A stretch of 42,191 nt of DNA from a virus, in UHGV virus genome UHGV-0210215; one strand, written 5' to 3'. Position numbers and translations under genes: made by a program. Of this stretch, positions 27,880-38,108 are shown in pieces. The notes beneath the pieces were generated by a model. It saw only the letters and a list, made by a program, of their open reading frames with translations. It made no database searches and was not told the DNA's origin. Within the stretch, counting starts at the first letter, position 1. Every line of letters starts with the position of its first letter.

Positions 27880-28210
27880 TCCTTTCTAGCATAATATTCT
27901 TATGTGTCGAAAATGTCTGGATAGATTTGATTGTGAAGTCTGGTTCTTCATCTTTACCAACGTAGACGCAAATGCCGTCTAGTTCATTCTGTGACTCGCT
28001 AATCTTGTCGCCTTGGTATTTGCAAGCTTTCATTGTTTCAAGCTTGCTGCCATAGATTTGGGCGTTTACCGAACCGCTGGCAGCTTGTACATTCATACGT
28101 AACTCAATTGGTTCGAATGGATAAGTTACTATTTCCTCTGCTTCTTCATCATGAGTAACTTTTCGCTTTTTTAGATAGACTGTTTGTAGGTTATTCTTCA
28201 GTAGGCGCAT
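27860..28210 (-). CDS. head closure / head-tail adaptor (116 aa)
   Basis: Gene-order inference. Confidence 0.4.
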   Translation of the reverse strand: MRLLKNNLQTVYLKKRKVTHDEEAEEIVTYPFEPIELRMNVQAASGSVNAQIYGSKLETMKACKYQGDKISESQNELDGICVYVGKDEEPDFTIKSIQTFSTHKNIMLERNDNRGS

Positions 28211-28517
28211 AGTAACTCACAACCTTTCCCTTTCGGAATCTGTTCAAGCCACGTTGAATAGAGACTGGAATGTCGGTCAAGAAAGATTGCGACACGCCGC
28301 CTTCAGACCTTGAAGCTTCACCTTCAGCGCCCTGTTGGTTGTACGCGATTGTTGCAAGTTGTCTTGCATATACCCACATACTATCAGTCATCGCTTCACG
28401 ACCAGTATAATCAAGGACGAGTGCGACAGCGTCCTCGATCAATACTGTTGCTGAGATAGGAGATATCTCCAATTGCTCAGCTAGTACTGAAATAACTTCA
28501 TCTCGTTTCTCGTCCAT
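28191..28517 (-). CDS. gp6-like head-tail connector (about 108 aa)
   Basis: Start moved to an internal Met so that it no longer overlaps the capsid gene. Sits directly after the capsid gene. Confidence 0.4.
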   Translation of the reverse strand: MDEKRDEVISVLAEQLEISPISATVLIEDAVALVLDYTGREAMTDSMWVYARQLATIAYNQQGAEGEASRSEGGVSQSFLTDIPVSIQRGLNRFRKGKVVSYYAPTEE

Positions 28518-28528
28518 GATTTCACTCC

Positions 28529-29563
28529 TTATTCGCCAGTCCCACCAGCGATCGTAGTAGTCGGTGTCCATAGTTTATGCTTGAATTGAACGATACGAAC
28601 ATTTTTAGATTCGTATACACGTTCCCAGTTACCGCCAGTAGCTAACTCAGTGTTTGTTGGAGAAGAACCAGCAACAGACTTACTTGTGAACTTAACTCCA
28701 CGTGGATGTAACAAGAAATGTTGTCGGTTAACCAAGATATCATCGCCAGCTAATGCATCACGATCTGTTTCGGTAGGGACTGGAGCAGCACCGTTACCTA
28801 AACCAATAGCGCCTTGGCCAAAGATATAAGAAGTGAACACTCCGCCAGAATTAGGCATACCATCATCAACGATCACGCGTTTACCCATGTAAGTCGGGAT
28901 TTTTGTGTTGTTTGAATCTAACAAGAACTCAATCAAGTTTTGTTTGCGCAAGTTAGCATATACAGACGAGTGAACAGCAATTGCAGTCAGTTTTTCTTCT
29001 GCATCACCCAATTTGTATGAAGCATCCAAGAACGTTTCACCAGTGAACGCAGCAGCATTACCTGTTTCAGCGGAAATATCTAAGCTGTTATCGCCCATTT
29101 TAGTAGTTGTAGCACCGAAGACACCTTTTAACACACTCAATAACGTAGCTTGTTGACGGCGGGCCCAATAAGCCGCAACCAAGTCACCAATAGCACGCAT
29201 AGGATCGTCACCAGACAATGCTTTAGATAAATCATTTACTTTCCAAGCTTTACCACGCATCAAGAGAGCAGCAACGTCTTGACCAGCAGTGATTTTATCT
29301 GTTTCTAGTGATTCGGAATCAGACAACACTTCATCTTCACCAGTTAAATCTTGCCAAAACGGCATATTGATTAACTTACCACCAGCAGTTGCCAAAGCAT
29401 CTAATTCTGGATCTTTCACAACGATTCCCGATTGGTACAACGCTGATAATTCAGCAGTACGTTCAATAACGTAACGATTGAAGACTTCTGGTACAATGAC
29501 ATCTTCGATTTTTGTTTTAGCAGCAAAATACTGCAAGTTCATTTTCATTAAACTTTTTCCCAT
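28529..29563 (-). CDS. major capsid protein (344 aa)
   Basis: Follows the scaffold gene. N-terminus carries MNLQYFA, a motif shared with the scaffold protein. Confidence 0.65.
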   Translation of the reverse strand: MGKSLMKMNLQYFAAKTKIEDVIVPEVFNRYVIERTAELSALYQSGIVVKDPELDALATAGGKLINMPFWQDLTGEDEVLSDSESLETDKITAGQDVAALLMRGKAWKVNDLSKALSGDDPMRAIGDLVAAYWARRQQATLLSVLKGVFGATTTKMGDNSLDISAETGNAAAFTGETFLDASYKLGDAEEKLTAIAVHSSVYANLRKQNLIEFLLDSNNTKIPTYMGKRVIVDDGMPNSGGVFTSYIFGQGAIGLGNGAAPVPTETDRDALAGDDILVNRQHFLLHPRGVKFTSKSVAGSSPTNTELATGGNWERVYESKNVRIVQFKHKLWTPTTTIAGGTGE

Positions 29564-29579
29564 TTTTTTCTCCCACTTT

Positions 29580-30248
29580 CTATTTATTCGCTAATGCCTG
29601 TAAGGCTTTTGCTTTTTCTGGATCTTCTCGCAGCAATCTTCCCTGCTCAGTAAGGTTTAAGGTTTCTGCAGCAAAGGGATTAACGTCAGGCAAAGTTGTA
29701 TTAGAACCTAGTGGCGAATCAACTGAATTCAATAGCGCTTGATCAACAGCAACTTTTAACGCTTCATCCCATGCTTTCTTGAATGTTTTGACATCTTCCA
29801 AAATTTCTTCTGCGGTGTCGCCCTTGATACGTGTCGCTAACTCTTTGCTGATTCCGATCGACTGTAATTGATTGCCTTTTTCTACGAATAGCTGTTCTTG
29901 ACGAAAGGCTTCTTTCTCCTTTTCGAAGGCAGTCTTTTCTTTGTTTAGCAATTCTTTCTGCCGTTCTTCCTCACTTAGCTTTGCCAAACGGGCAGCTTCA
30001 TTCTTTTCTTCCTCGAATTCTTTCTGCCAGCGTGACTTTTTGCTTTTGACAATAGAGTCAACTTCCTTGTCGTCCTTGAAACCAAACTTCTCTTTGATTG
30101 ATGCAATCTCTTCGTCGCTCAACTCTTCTACGTTTAGCTGTTTTGATGTTTCAGAATCATCCGGAGTATCTGATTCATCTTTTTCAGCAAAGAATTGTAG
30201 GTTAAGCGGCAACAGTTTTTTGTGTTTCATGTTCTGTACTCCTTCCAT
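29580..30248 (-). CDS. scaffolding protein (222 aa, acidic coiled coil)
   Basis: LNLQFFAEK N-terminal motif, high Glu/Lys content, located between the MuF-like and capsid genes. Confidence 0.6.
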   Translation of the reverse strand: MEGVQNMKHKKLLPLNLQFFAEKDESDTPDDSETSKQLNVEELSDEEIASIKEKFGFKDDKEVDSIVKSKKSRWQKEFEEEKNEAARLAKLSEEERQKELLNKEKTAFEKEKEAFRQEQLFVEKGNQLQSIGISKELATRIKGDTAEEILEDVKTFKKAWDEALKVAVDQALLNSVDSPLGSNTTLPDVNPFAAETLNLTEQGRLLREDPEKAKALQALANK

Positions 30249-30331
30249 ATCTTTTAGAGTGGATAAATGCTTGCACTTCCGATGCTTTTAATGTCTTCAC
30301 GCTTGGACATGACAAAAAGCCTAGTCAATGA

Positions 30332-31480
30332 CTAAGCTTTCAATCCCATTATTTTTCTTTTCTGTTCTCTTATTTCTTCATCCGAATACTTTCCTTTCAG
30401 CTTATCCATCCATTCGTTATAGGTAGTGTCACCTCTAATTGGAATGACTTTACCACTGATAGGATCCAAAGCGTTTCTAGGAAGCTTCAGCGTTCGCTTA
30501 CTGTACATAATAGCTATTGTTCTGCACCATGGATGAAACGGCGGATACGTACCACTAGCACCATTTACTTTAGCTTCTGAAACTGGATATATCTTATGAT
30601 CTTTTCCTTTACAGATATCAGATGTTCGCAAGTCCAACACTGCAACAAGCATGTACTCTTTTACGCCGTTATCTTGCCACGCTTTGAGTTTCGCTTGATT
30701 AGCCATGTAATTAGCTTCCGTTCGAATCAAACGCCTAGCGACACCAATAGAGCGGTCAAACTCATTTGCTATTGCCTTAGCCATTTCAAATTCTGACATA
30801 CCGGTCATAGACTCCACGGTGAACAGCTCTTCTAACCTTGCTGCTAAAGCTTCAGTATCGCCCCACAGCCGTTTAGAATAATTTGATCCATGCCAATGGC
30901 TATCAAGAATGTTTTTCGTATACCTGGTCGATAGTTCCTTAAACTGATAATCCTTCTTATTCCATACCTCAATGACTACACCATTCTTAGCATTCTCTTG
31001 CGCCTTACGAATGACCGATTCAGCAGTAGCCTCACGATACGATTCGTGAATAGCATCTACATAGAACTCTGTCTGCTTTTCTAACTGAACATCTGCAACT
31101 TGCTTAGAAATTAAAAAAGACTTGGCCTTCAAGTCCTCTGCACGATTGATACGCTCTTTAAATGCTAATGCTTGTAATCTGTTTTTTGCTGAAACTTGCA
31201 ACTCTGGATCTTTAATCTGTTTGGATAGCTTTCTTAACTCCGCTAACTCTTCAACCGAAGTTGTTTGATTCAGTATCCGCTTAGCTTCATCCTCAGATAG
31301 TCCAGACCGTTGTTGAGAGCGTGCAAATAACTTCCTAACCTTTTGGGTTAGGTATGTTTGTGCTTGCCTGTAAGCTTTCGCTACAGCTTCCTCAACCTTG
31401 ATTGCACCATCATTTATTTTTTGTTCAGCATCGATGTTACGTCTTTCCCAATAAGATAGCCTACGTTTCTTTTGAGCCAT
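30332..31480 (-). CDS. head morphogenesis protein (SPP1 gp7 / Mu F-like)
   Basis: C-terminal PPFHPWCRT matches the Mu F signature (PP.HPNCRC). Sits downstream of the portal gene. Confidence 0.6.
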   Translation of the reverse strand: MAQKKRRLSYWERRNIDAEQKINDGAIKVEEAVAKAYRQAQTYLTQKVRKLFARSQQRSGLSEDEAKRILNQTTSVEELAELRKLSKQIKDPELQVSAKNRLQALAFKERINRAEDLKAKSFLISKQVADVQLEKQTEFYVDAIHESYREATAESVIRKAQENAKNGVVIEVWNKKDYQFKELSTRYTKNILDSHWHGSNYSKRLWGDTEALAARLEELFTVESMTGMSEFEMAKAIANEFDRSIGVARRLIRTEANYMANQAKLKAWQDNGVKEYMLVAVLDLRTSDICKGKDHKIYPVSEAKVNGASGTYPPFHPWCRTIAIMYSKRTLKLPRNALDPISGKVIPIRGDTTYNEWMDKLKGKYSDEEIREQKRKIMGLKA

Positions 31481-31491
31481 TTAATCAGCTC

Positions 31492-32907
31492 CTAGTCTTC
31501 CTGAACATCATCTTCAGGTTGATTATCCAAATCTGAATGACTATCTTCAGCTTGCACACCTAATGCTTTCTGGTTCATCACAATAGCTTCTTCTTTTTCA
31601 AGGTTCAACTGTTTCAACACCTCGTCCACATCGTCTATATCTGGCAACCATCCTAGAAGTACTTTGAGCGGTAAGATGCCAGCTTGATAAGCGCTGACGA
31701 TTTGATTGATGATATCGCTAGTGTTTACAGGTAAATTAGGCTTGAGTTTGATCTTAGTTCCTTGCGCATCAATTGAATTGTCTTTGACCTTCAAGATTGT
31801 TTCAAACAGTTCCATGCGCTTTCTCAAACCTTTAATCATATAACGTGATTTAACCGACATAAGCTGAAGCAAGCCAAAAAGTTTGTACTTCATAGCTTCA
31901 CCAGACACATTTCCTGAAAACTTTTCATCATTCATATCTGGTACATAGGTAATCTTATGGATATCGTCAAGGATTGCTGACCGTAAAAGATTAACGCCAT
32001 CCTCGTTTAATTCCTTTGTAAGATACCCTGCGTCTACTTCATTAGGCATTGCAGCTGTTTGAAGCATTTTTTCTTTTGCCAACTTCTCGCCATCACCATC
32101 TTCTAAAGTAAATCCTCTAATAAACAGAATTGCATCTACAAAGGCCTCTTTGTCGTTTAGTCGATCGGATTGGAGTAGATTGTAAGCATCAATCAAAGAA
32201 ATAGCTTGTTCAAAGTCGCCTTGCTTTTCTTCATTGTTTCGATACTCAATGACTGGCACTGCTTTGAAGTAATGTGGCTTGGCATCCACTAGTAGGTACT
32301 CACCAGATCCTCTTGAGCTTGCATGGTACGTAATCACTCGATTGTCGTTGTAATACTTAACCACATAGTGATCAATGCCGCCTTGTAGCGTTAGAACGGG
32401 TTGATAATGAACTGCAAACAAAGGGTTCTTATCTACTGTGTCATCTGTCACCAAGAATATCCCTCTAGGATCAATACATTTGATCTCTAATTGTGTTCCA
32501 TCGTTTTCCTTTGTTTTGTTTAGATACACAAGTTCATAACCAACGCCGAACGTTGATAGGTCTTTCTCCAATTCTGTATCATGAGAAACGATGTCAATCC
32601 TGTCGTAAGCATCTAAGATTGGCGATATGTTCTTATCTGATTCAGATACATAAGAAATCGGATTCCCCACCATAAAACCAACGTTCATATCCACTACATA
32701 TTTCGCATGGTTGATTAACACTTTATTATTAGGAGCTGCTTCATTTTCTTTCTTGCGATTAAGAATGTCGTGCTTACCATCGTAATAATCTGATAGCCTT
32801 TCTAGTCTCGCCAATTCCATCATGTGCTGTTGGATGCAAAAGTTAAGCAACTCAGCAGATGGATTATTTAAGTCACCGGCTATTTGTCTATTAACTACAA
32901 TTGCCAC
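31492..32907 (-). CDS. portal protein (SPP1 gp6-like), 471 aa
   Basis: Position after TerL, appropriate size, acidic C-terminus. Confidence 0.6.
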   Translation of the reverse strand: MAIVVNRQIAGDLNNPSAELLNFCIQQHMMELARLERLSDYYDGKHDILNRKKENEAAPNNKVLINHAKYVVDMNVGFMVGNPISYVSESDKNISPILDAYDRIDIVSHDTELEKDLSTFGVGYELVYLNKTKENDGTQLEIKCIDPRGIFLVTDDTVDKNPLFAVHYQPVLTLQGGIDHYVVKYYNDNRVITYHASSRGSGEYLLVDAKPHYFKAVPVIEYRNNEEKQGDFEQAISLIDAYNLLQSDRLNDKEAFVDAILFIRGFTLEDGDGEKLAKEKMLQTAAMPNEVDAGYLTKELNEDGVNLLRSAILDDIHKITYVPDMNDEKFSGNVSGEAMKYKLFGLLQLMSVKSRYMIKGLRKRMELFETILKVKDNSIDAQGTKIKLKPNLPVNTSDIINQIVSAYQAGILPLKVLLGWLPDIDDVDEVLKQLNLEKEEAIVMNQKALGVQAEDSHSDLDNQPEDDVQED

Positions 32908-32920
32908 AATATCACCTCTC

Positions 32921-34153
32921 TTAAAATCCGAATTTAACTTTGCTGACGATCTGAGCCTTTTTGCTTTTCTTCACTTCGTGTGAGTAAATTGCATACCTTA
33001 ATGCATCAAGAACATCATCAAATTCTTTAATAGGTTCCCCTTTTCGTTTATCCCAGACATATTGATAAATCTCGTTTGGAAACTTCTTAACTTTGTCACG
33101 ACAGATAAAAAGCTTATCCGCTTTAATCTTCTTAGCAACAGATTCAACACCGCTTAATCTGGCTTTGTCTGCATTGAAAGCTTCGATGCGTTCACGTTTA
33201 AACCTAGCAACATGTTCTGGTCTGGCAGAATCACAATAAAAAGGTATTCTAGAGCCATATCGCTCCTGAATACCTTTGGCAATCTCTACCCAATAATCAA
33301 TCTCTTCAAACTGCGTGGCATGTTCTTCTATGAGATATGCTGTTCCGTTATCTGTTTCACCTATAACAACAATTGATCCCCAGTGTTCGTACCCCCAGTC
33401 AACTCCGCAATAGAAAGAGGATAACTGAGGGATTTCATTTGATTGGACGTAATGCTTACTCGCATCAAAGTCTTGATATACCACACCTTCAGCAGACACC
33501 CACAACCCCTTAATATCTCGATCGTAGAACATACCGCTAGGTGTCGACTCTTTAATGTTTTCTCTGTATCGATCAGAAAGAAAAGTGTTGTCATCTAATT
33601 CAAAATGAAACGCCTTGATATTTTTACTTGTATTGTCGATATATTCCTTTTTTAGCCAATGCTCTGGATTATCAGGGTTGGTATCGCTCAATATCCTAGC
33701 GCCTGTTCCTGAACAACGAGAAACGATTTCAGCAAATACTTCTTGCTTAGCTAATGAAGCTTCATTGATGTATGCACCATGAGCCGTCATACCACGAATA
33801 GCACCAACACCGCCAATGTTTCCCGTGTATGCTTGAACCACCTTCACACCGAACAAGACAAAGTTATTATGCTTATCAAACTTCGGTTCAATGCTATACA
33901 TATTGTACAGTTCTTGCAGAATGTTCTTCTGAATAGTAGCACTCGATACACCAGCGAGAATATACATCGGCTCTTTAATGCCTTCTTTATCTGCTATCTT
34001 GCGCACACGCCTTAACTCAAACAAAAATAAGTCATTGTTTATCTTTGTCTTTCCTGATCGCTTAGCTCCATGCAGCAAAGTAATGAACCAATCTTTCTTT
34101 ACCGTTTCATTCAGAACTTGAATTTGTTTAGCAGTGTAAACATCACTAATCAT
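32921..34153 (-). CDS. terL: terminase large subunit (PBSX/Terminase_3-like), 410 aa
   Basis: Walker A-like GAKRSGKT near the N-terminus. Start overlaps terS. Followed by the portal gene. Confidence 0.7.
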   Translation of the reverse strand: MISDVYTAKQIQVLNETVKKDWFITLLHGAKRSGKTKINNDLFLFELRRVRKIADKEGIKEPMYILAGVSSATIQKNILQELYNMYSIEPKFDKHNNFVLFGVKVVQAYTGNIGGVGAIRGMTAHGAYINEASLAKQEVFAEIVSRCSGTGARILSDTNPDNPEHWLKKEYIDNTSKNIKAFHFELDDNTFLSDRYRENIKESTPSGMFYDRDIKGLWVSAEGVVYQDFDASKHYVQSNEIPQLSSFYCGVDWGYEHWGSIVVIGETDNGTAYLIEEHATQFEEIDYWVEIAKGIQERYGSRIPFYCDSARPEHVARFKRERIEAFNADKARLSGVESVAKKIKADKLFICRDKVKKFPNEIYQYVWDKRKGEPIKEFDDVLDALRYAIYSHEVKKSKKAQIVSKVKFGF

Positions 34154-34673
34154 TCAATTCACCACTAATCTTCTCTAACAACTCATCCAACTTATCTTCA
34201 GTAGTCTGAGTTGTGCCATTTTTGAGTGCTTCGGCTTTAAGTTTAGATAGTTCTGCGTCTGCTTTGGCTTTCTCTAGCTGCACTTGTAACAACGGACTAG
34301 CATATTTAAGAAATAGGTCAATAGCTTTCAGCCTGTTTTCCAAATCTGGCGTGTATTCATACGTCATATTCTTAACAACTGCATCGCCTTGTAAGTGATC
34401 TATTTGCTTGCTATGACTTTCAATGACTTTACCATCGTATATGTCTAGAAGACTATTTAATTGCGACTGTATATCTATTTCTCGCTTTTCAACAATAGGT
34501 CTGACTTTGCTAGCGATATAATTGACGATTTCTAGTTTTTTCAAGTTTTGCCCGGCAATTCTTCCAGCTGTTTTTTCACTGTACCCAGCTTTAATGGCGG
34601 CTTGAGTAGCGTTGCCACCGTTTATAATATATTCATCTGCAAATGCTATTTGTTTTGGTGTTAACTTAGCCAC
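34146..34673 (-). CDS. terS: terminase small subunit (P27/Terminase_2 family)
   Basis: LTPKQIAFADEYIINGGNATQAAIKAGYS matches the TerS HTH signature. Confidence 0.7.
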   Translation of the reverse strand: MAKLTPKQIAFADEYIINGGNATQAAIKAGYSEKTAGRIAGQNLKKLEIVNYIASKVRPIVEKREIDIQSQLNSLLDIYDGKVIESHSKQIDHLQGDAVVKNMTYEYTPDLENRLKAIDLFLKYASPLLQVQLEKAKADAELSKLKAEALKNGTTQTTEDKLDELLEKISGELND

Positions 34674-34691
34674 ATCAAGCCCACCGCCTTT

Positions 34692-34895
34692 CTATAAATA
34701 TCTATTTAATCTCTCCACAATATGCGGATCACTCTTCCAGCCATGCCCAATGTATATAAGCCTATGCCGATCGATATACTCGTCACTAAACTGGTCAAAG
34801 CATTCTAGCAGCGTGTGCTTTGGTTTCAACTCCGCTTGACGGATGTTCTTATGCCTTAGTATTCCTACTGATAGTTGGATGTAATAGTAATGCAT
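34692..34895 (-). CDS. hypothetical protein (67 aa)
   Basis: ORF between the HNH and terS genes. Confidence 0.35.
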   Translation of the reverse strand: MHYYYIQLSVGILRHKNIRQAELKPKHTLLECFDQFSDEYIDRHRLIYIGHGWKSDPHIVERLNRYL

Positions 34896-34896
34896 A

Positions 34897-35172
34897 TCAC
34901 TTCCACCTTATTGTTAGCCATCCAAACGATGGTGTTGATTCATCCGAAAAATATATCTCATACCCTTTGACTCGAAAATGAGCGAATAGGTATTCTACAC
35001 AGTCTCTAAAAACATCACTGTCCCACTTAGGTTTAAATACGAATAAACGGTACATATTGACATGACGTTCACCATGACTTTTAGCTTTTGAAATCTTACG
35101 CTCGATCTTGGTAATGTCTTTGATAGTTTTGTCTAAGTATTTGTCCAATCGGTTTTTTGGTTTAAATGTCAT
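34897..35172 (-). CDS. hypothetical protein (91 aa)
   Basis: ORF between the HNH and terS genes. Confidence 0.35.
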   Translation of the reverse strand: MTFKPKNRLDKYLDKTIKDITKIERKISKAKSHGERHVNMYRLFVFKPKWDSDVFRDCVEYLFAHFRVKGYEIYFSDESTPSFGWLTIRWK

Positions 35173-35201
35173 AAGTCACCCTCAACCTTTCACTATCATA
35201 T

Positions 35202-35726
35202 TCAAACAACTGCCCATTCGTAGTCATATCCCTTGTGAGATTTCTGTTTTCCTCTAAGATATGCAGAAACACATTGTTTGTTTAAATCTAATTGCTCTGC
35301 GGCTTGATTTATTGATTCGAAATACATATCCACCTCATCGCTAATAACATAGATAGGTTTTCGAGCTTTCATGCCCGCTTTTTTGTGCCGGTCATTATAT
35401 GTGTTGTTGTATAACTGAGTACACCACTCTAAGTTGTCCGCATGATTGTTTTCTGGGTTTTCATCTTTATGATTAACCGTTTTAAAACCGTGAGGATTAT
35501 CTATAAAATGTTCAGCTACTAACCTGTGTACCAACAACGTTTGGCTATCTCCGTTTGACCTTAACCTTATGTGCTTATATGGGCTATGTCCGCCCCCAAG
35601 TTTCCTAATTTTACCTTTGCGAAAGCTACCACTAGCATCAAATCTATCTAAGCTTCTTACTCTACCGAAACTGCTTATTTGATATGAACCCTCATATCCT
35701 TTAATATCTTTCCAAATTTCTTCCAT
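35202..35726 (-). CDS. HNH homing endonuclease with an N-terminal NUMOD4 motif
   Basis: GYEGSYQISSFGRVRS (NUMOD4) and HRLVAEHFI...VNHKDENPENNHADNLEW (HNH). Typical packaging partner of the terminase in cos-type phages. Confidence 0.75.
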   Translation of the reverse strand: MEEIWKDIKGYEGSYQISSFGRVRSLDRFDASGSFRKGKIRKLGGGHSPYKHIRLRSNGDSQTLLVHRLVAEHFIDNPHGFKTVNHKDENPENNHADNLEWCTQLYNNTYNDRHKKAGMKARKPIYVISDEVDMYFESINQAAEQLDLNKQCVSAYLRGKQKSHKGYDYEWAVV

Positions 35727-35833
35727 AACTACCGTCTCCTTTAGTTATTCGTCTCTAAGCAAAATAAGCACAAACAGGAGCGAGACGACTCTCTTCGGGA
35801 GCTACCCTAGTTTGTGCAAAATTAAAAGGCTAC

Positions 35834-37060
35834 CTACACATCGTAAGTAACCTTCAATTCATCATTATTAAATTCAAATATCTGCAATTTCTTCCTGCTG
35901 GTTGTATAACCGTTCTTTACTTCGTAGTAGTCACTTTTCTTCAGTGTAGAAAGCTGCCTAACAGTTACGCCGTCTTTGTCTTGGACAGGAACTGTAACTT
36001 CCTTTTTCTCACTGTGAAAATGACCTACAAAGTATTCTCTTGTTTTGGCAATACCCCACAGGTGCGGAAACTCAGTTGCTAAGAGCATAGGCAAGTTTTT
36101 CCTAGCTAAGTCACCATGAGCTATGCCTATAAGAACATTGTCTAGCATATAAGCTTTTCGGTGAGCTAAACTACAATCAAATTCTATTTCATTTCCTTTT
36201 AAAGTAGCTTGTAGATACTGCATGAACATATAGGAGATACTCAAATCGTGATTGCCAGGAACGTAATATACTCGAACTTCCTTTGAGTGCCTCAAGGCTT
36301 CATGCACCATCGGTTCAACGTACTGCTTCAAATCCTCAACAGCCTTAACCATGTCAACCTCGTCAACAAGTGTTCCTTTTGTTGTAAACGGATTGACCAT
36401 GCTGTCGTTATGAACTAAATCCCCAATAATATTGAAAGAAATTGTTTTGTAACCCTTATTAATAATCTCAATAATTTCATCTTGTGCTGGCTTCATGTAT
36501 TCGTAGTCAATAATCCCCATGTGAATATCAGTTAAATTAATGACTAAATTTCTGATACCTGTTTTAATTGGATTAACCTTTATAGGCTTTATTCCTTTTT
36601 TGATTGCTGCTACGATATCCTTTGAGTTACTTTGCATCTTTGGCTTCGCCACAAACTTCAACTGTTGGTTCCACTTCTGAATTTCAGCAGTTGTTGTGGT
36701 CCATTCATTGGTGGTTACTTGAGATATTTCCCACTCTTGCGGATCATAGCCCTTGTACTTGAGGATATCCTCTGGCGTTTTCCTGTCCTTCTGGTAGAAA
36801 GCCATCTTCACATCGAATTCAGCTTGAGAAATAGTGCCATCAATGTTATATCGTTTGTTTTCGTTGATTGACTGACCGTCTATGTCGCGAGGTGGCGCAT
36901 CATCTAATCGTCTACGCTTATGTCGTACACTATGATAAGTAAACTCTCGACCGAACTCGTTTGTTAATATAGCTGCTATTTCCTTAGTGCCTTTGCCGCC
37001 ATTGACTAATTCCCTCAAGCGATTCGCCTGCTCTTTTGTCCATGTTAAAATGATTGCCAC
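35834..37060 (-). CDS. calcineurin-like metallophosphoesterase (408 aa) with an N-terminal basic, DNA-binding-like region
   Basis: Phosphoesterase motifs TDIHMG, GDLVHND, GNHD and GHFH. Confidence 0.55.
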   Translation of the reverse strand: MAIILTWTKEQANRLRELVNGGKGTKEIAAILTNEFGREFTYHSVRHKRRRLDDAPPRDIDGQSINENKRYNIDGTISQAEFDVKMAFYQKDRKTPEDILKYKGYDPQEWEISQVTTNEWTTTTAEIQKWNQQLKFVAKPKMQSNSKDIVAAIKKGIKPIKVNPIKTGIRNLVINLTDIHMGIIDYEYMKPAQDEIIEIINKGYKTISFNIIGDLVHNDSMVNPFTTKGTLVDEVDMVKAVEDLKQYVEPMVHEALRHSKEVRVYYVPGNHDLSISYMFMQYLQATLKGNEIEFDCSLAHRKAYMLDNVLIGIAHGDLARKNLPMLLATEFPHLWGIAKTREYFVGHFHSEKKEVTVPVQDKDGVTVRQLSTLKKSDYYEVKNGYTTSRKKLQIFEFNNDELKVTYDV

Positions 37061-37111
37061 CTCGCTTCATCCAAAATAAGAAGCCACTCGCTACGAGTGA
37101 CTTCTTAGATA

Positions 37112-37303
37112 CTAACTATTATTCCGAATAACCTTCAAGTTCTCTTCTAGACTTACATTCAAGGAATGAATAAAATCTATTTCTCTGGGAAATATCAACA
37201 ATCCATTCCTGACAATAACTTTATTGTTAGGATGTGCTTTTAAATAAGCAACTAACTCTTTAGAAGCTTTCCTGAGTCTTAACATTTGATTATTCATATA
37301 CAT
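37112..37303 (-). CDS. hypothetical protein (63 aa)
   Basis: ORF preceded by AAGGAGA. Confidence 0.35.
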   Translation of the reverse strand: MYMNNQMLRLRKASKELVAYLKAHPNNKVIVRNGLLIFPREIDFIHSLNVSLEENLKVIRNNS

Positions 37304-37517
37304 TCTCCTTTGGAAATATTTAGTAACGGTTTATCCGTCCTATAATATGTCCCCTCAAGAAGAATAACCTGTCCCACGGATAATTACGAAACTAAATACT
37401 ATCGCCCACAGAATAATTTTTACGTGTCAAAAGGAGGCTGAATGCCGTTGTGCTTGTGGGCGATATCTGATAATACTAATTTACCACGTTTTTAGACCTC
37501 GAAAGTTTGAAAATCGT

Positions 37518-37931
37518 TTAAATATCAAGGCTTCTGTCCAATTCCTCAAAGAATTTGTCTCTTAAAGTGAATGCTTTATTCCTACCGCACTTGATAACTA
37601 GATTATCAACCAGCCCTTGCATCGTATACTGAGGAAATCGTTTGATGTACAACTCTCGAATGATCGTCTCAGTGTCACTGCCGCACTCATCGAGAAGTTC
37701 TTGTACAATCTGCTTATTGCGTTTCAACCGCCGAATCTGCTTATCCGTCTCGATGGTCCACAATGTGCCGAACATCAAATCGCTATCGCTTCTTGTTCCC
37801 TTGATGTCCCCGTTAACATCCTCTTCTCGATACGGAACTCGAATCTCTTCTTCAAGCTTCCTGACGTACTTATCCGTATCTCGGTAATCTTTCAACACTG
37901 CCTTGACTCGTTCAACACGCCATTTCTCCAA
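37518..37931 (-). CDS. ArpU-like late transcriptional activator (137 aa)
   Basis: Size and position (last early gene before the packaging module), with a sigma-region-4-like C-terminus. No sharp motif recognised. Confidence 0.4.
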   Translation of the reverse strand: MEKWRVERVKAVLKDYRDTDKYVRKLEEEIRVPYREEDVNGDIKGTRSDSDLMFGTLWTIETDKQIRRLKRNKQIVQELLDECGSDTETIIRELYIKRFPQYTMQGLVDNLVIKCGRNKAFTLRDKFFEELDRSLDI

Positions 37932-38108
37932 TCACTTACCCTCCTTGTTTGTCTACATATTATTACGTTTAAATAAACATCATCACAATCCAACCAATGA
38001 GCATAAACATTAAATTGATTGATAAAACTCTTGTAAAGCTGCTCAAAATCGTTTCATTGTCATTGTTGGGTTGTTTCAATTCTTCTCTTGCGTGACTTAA
38101 TAATGTGC

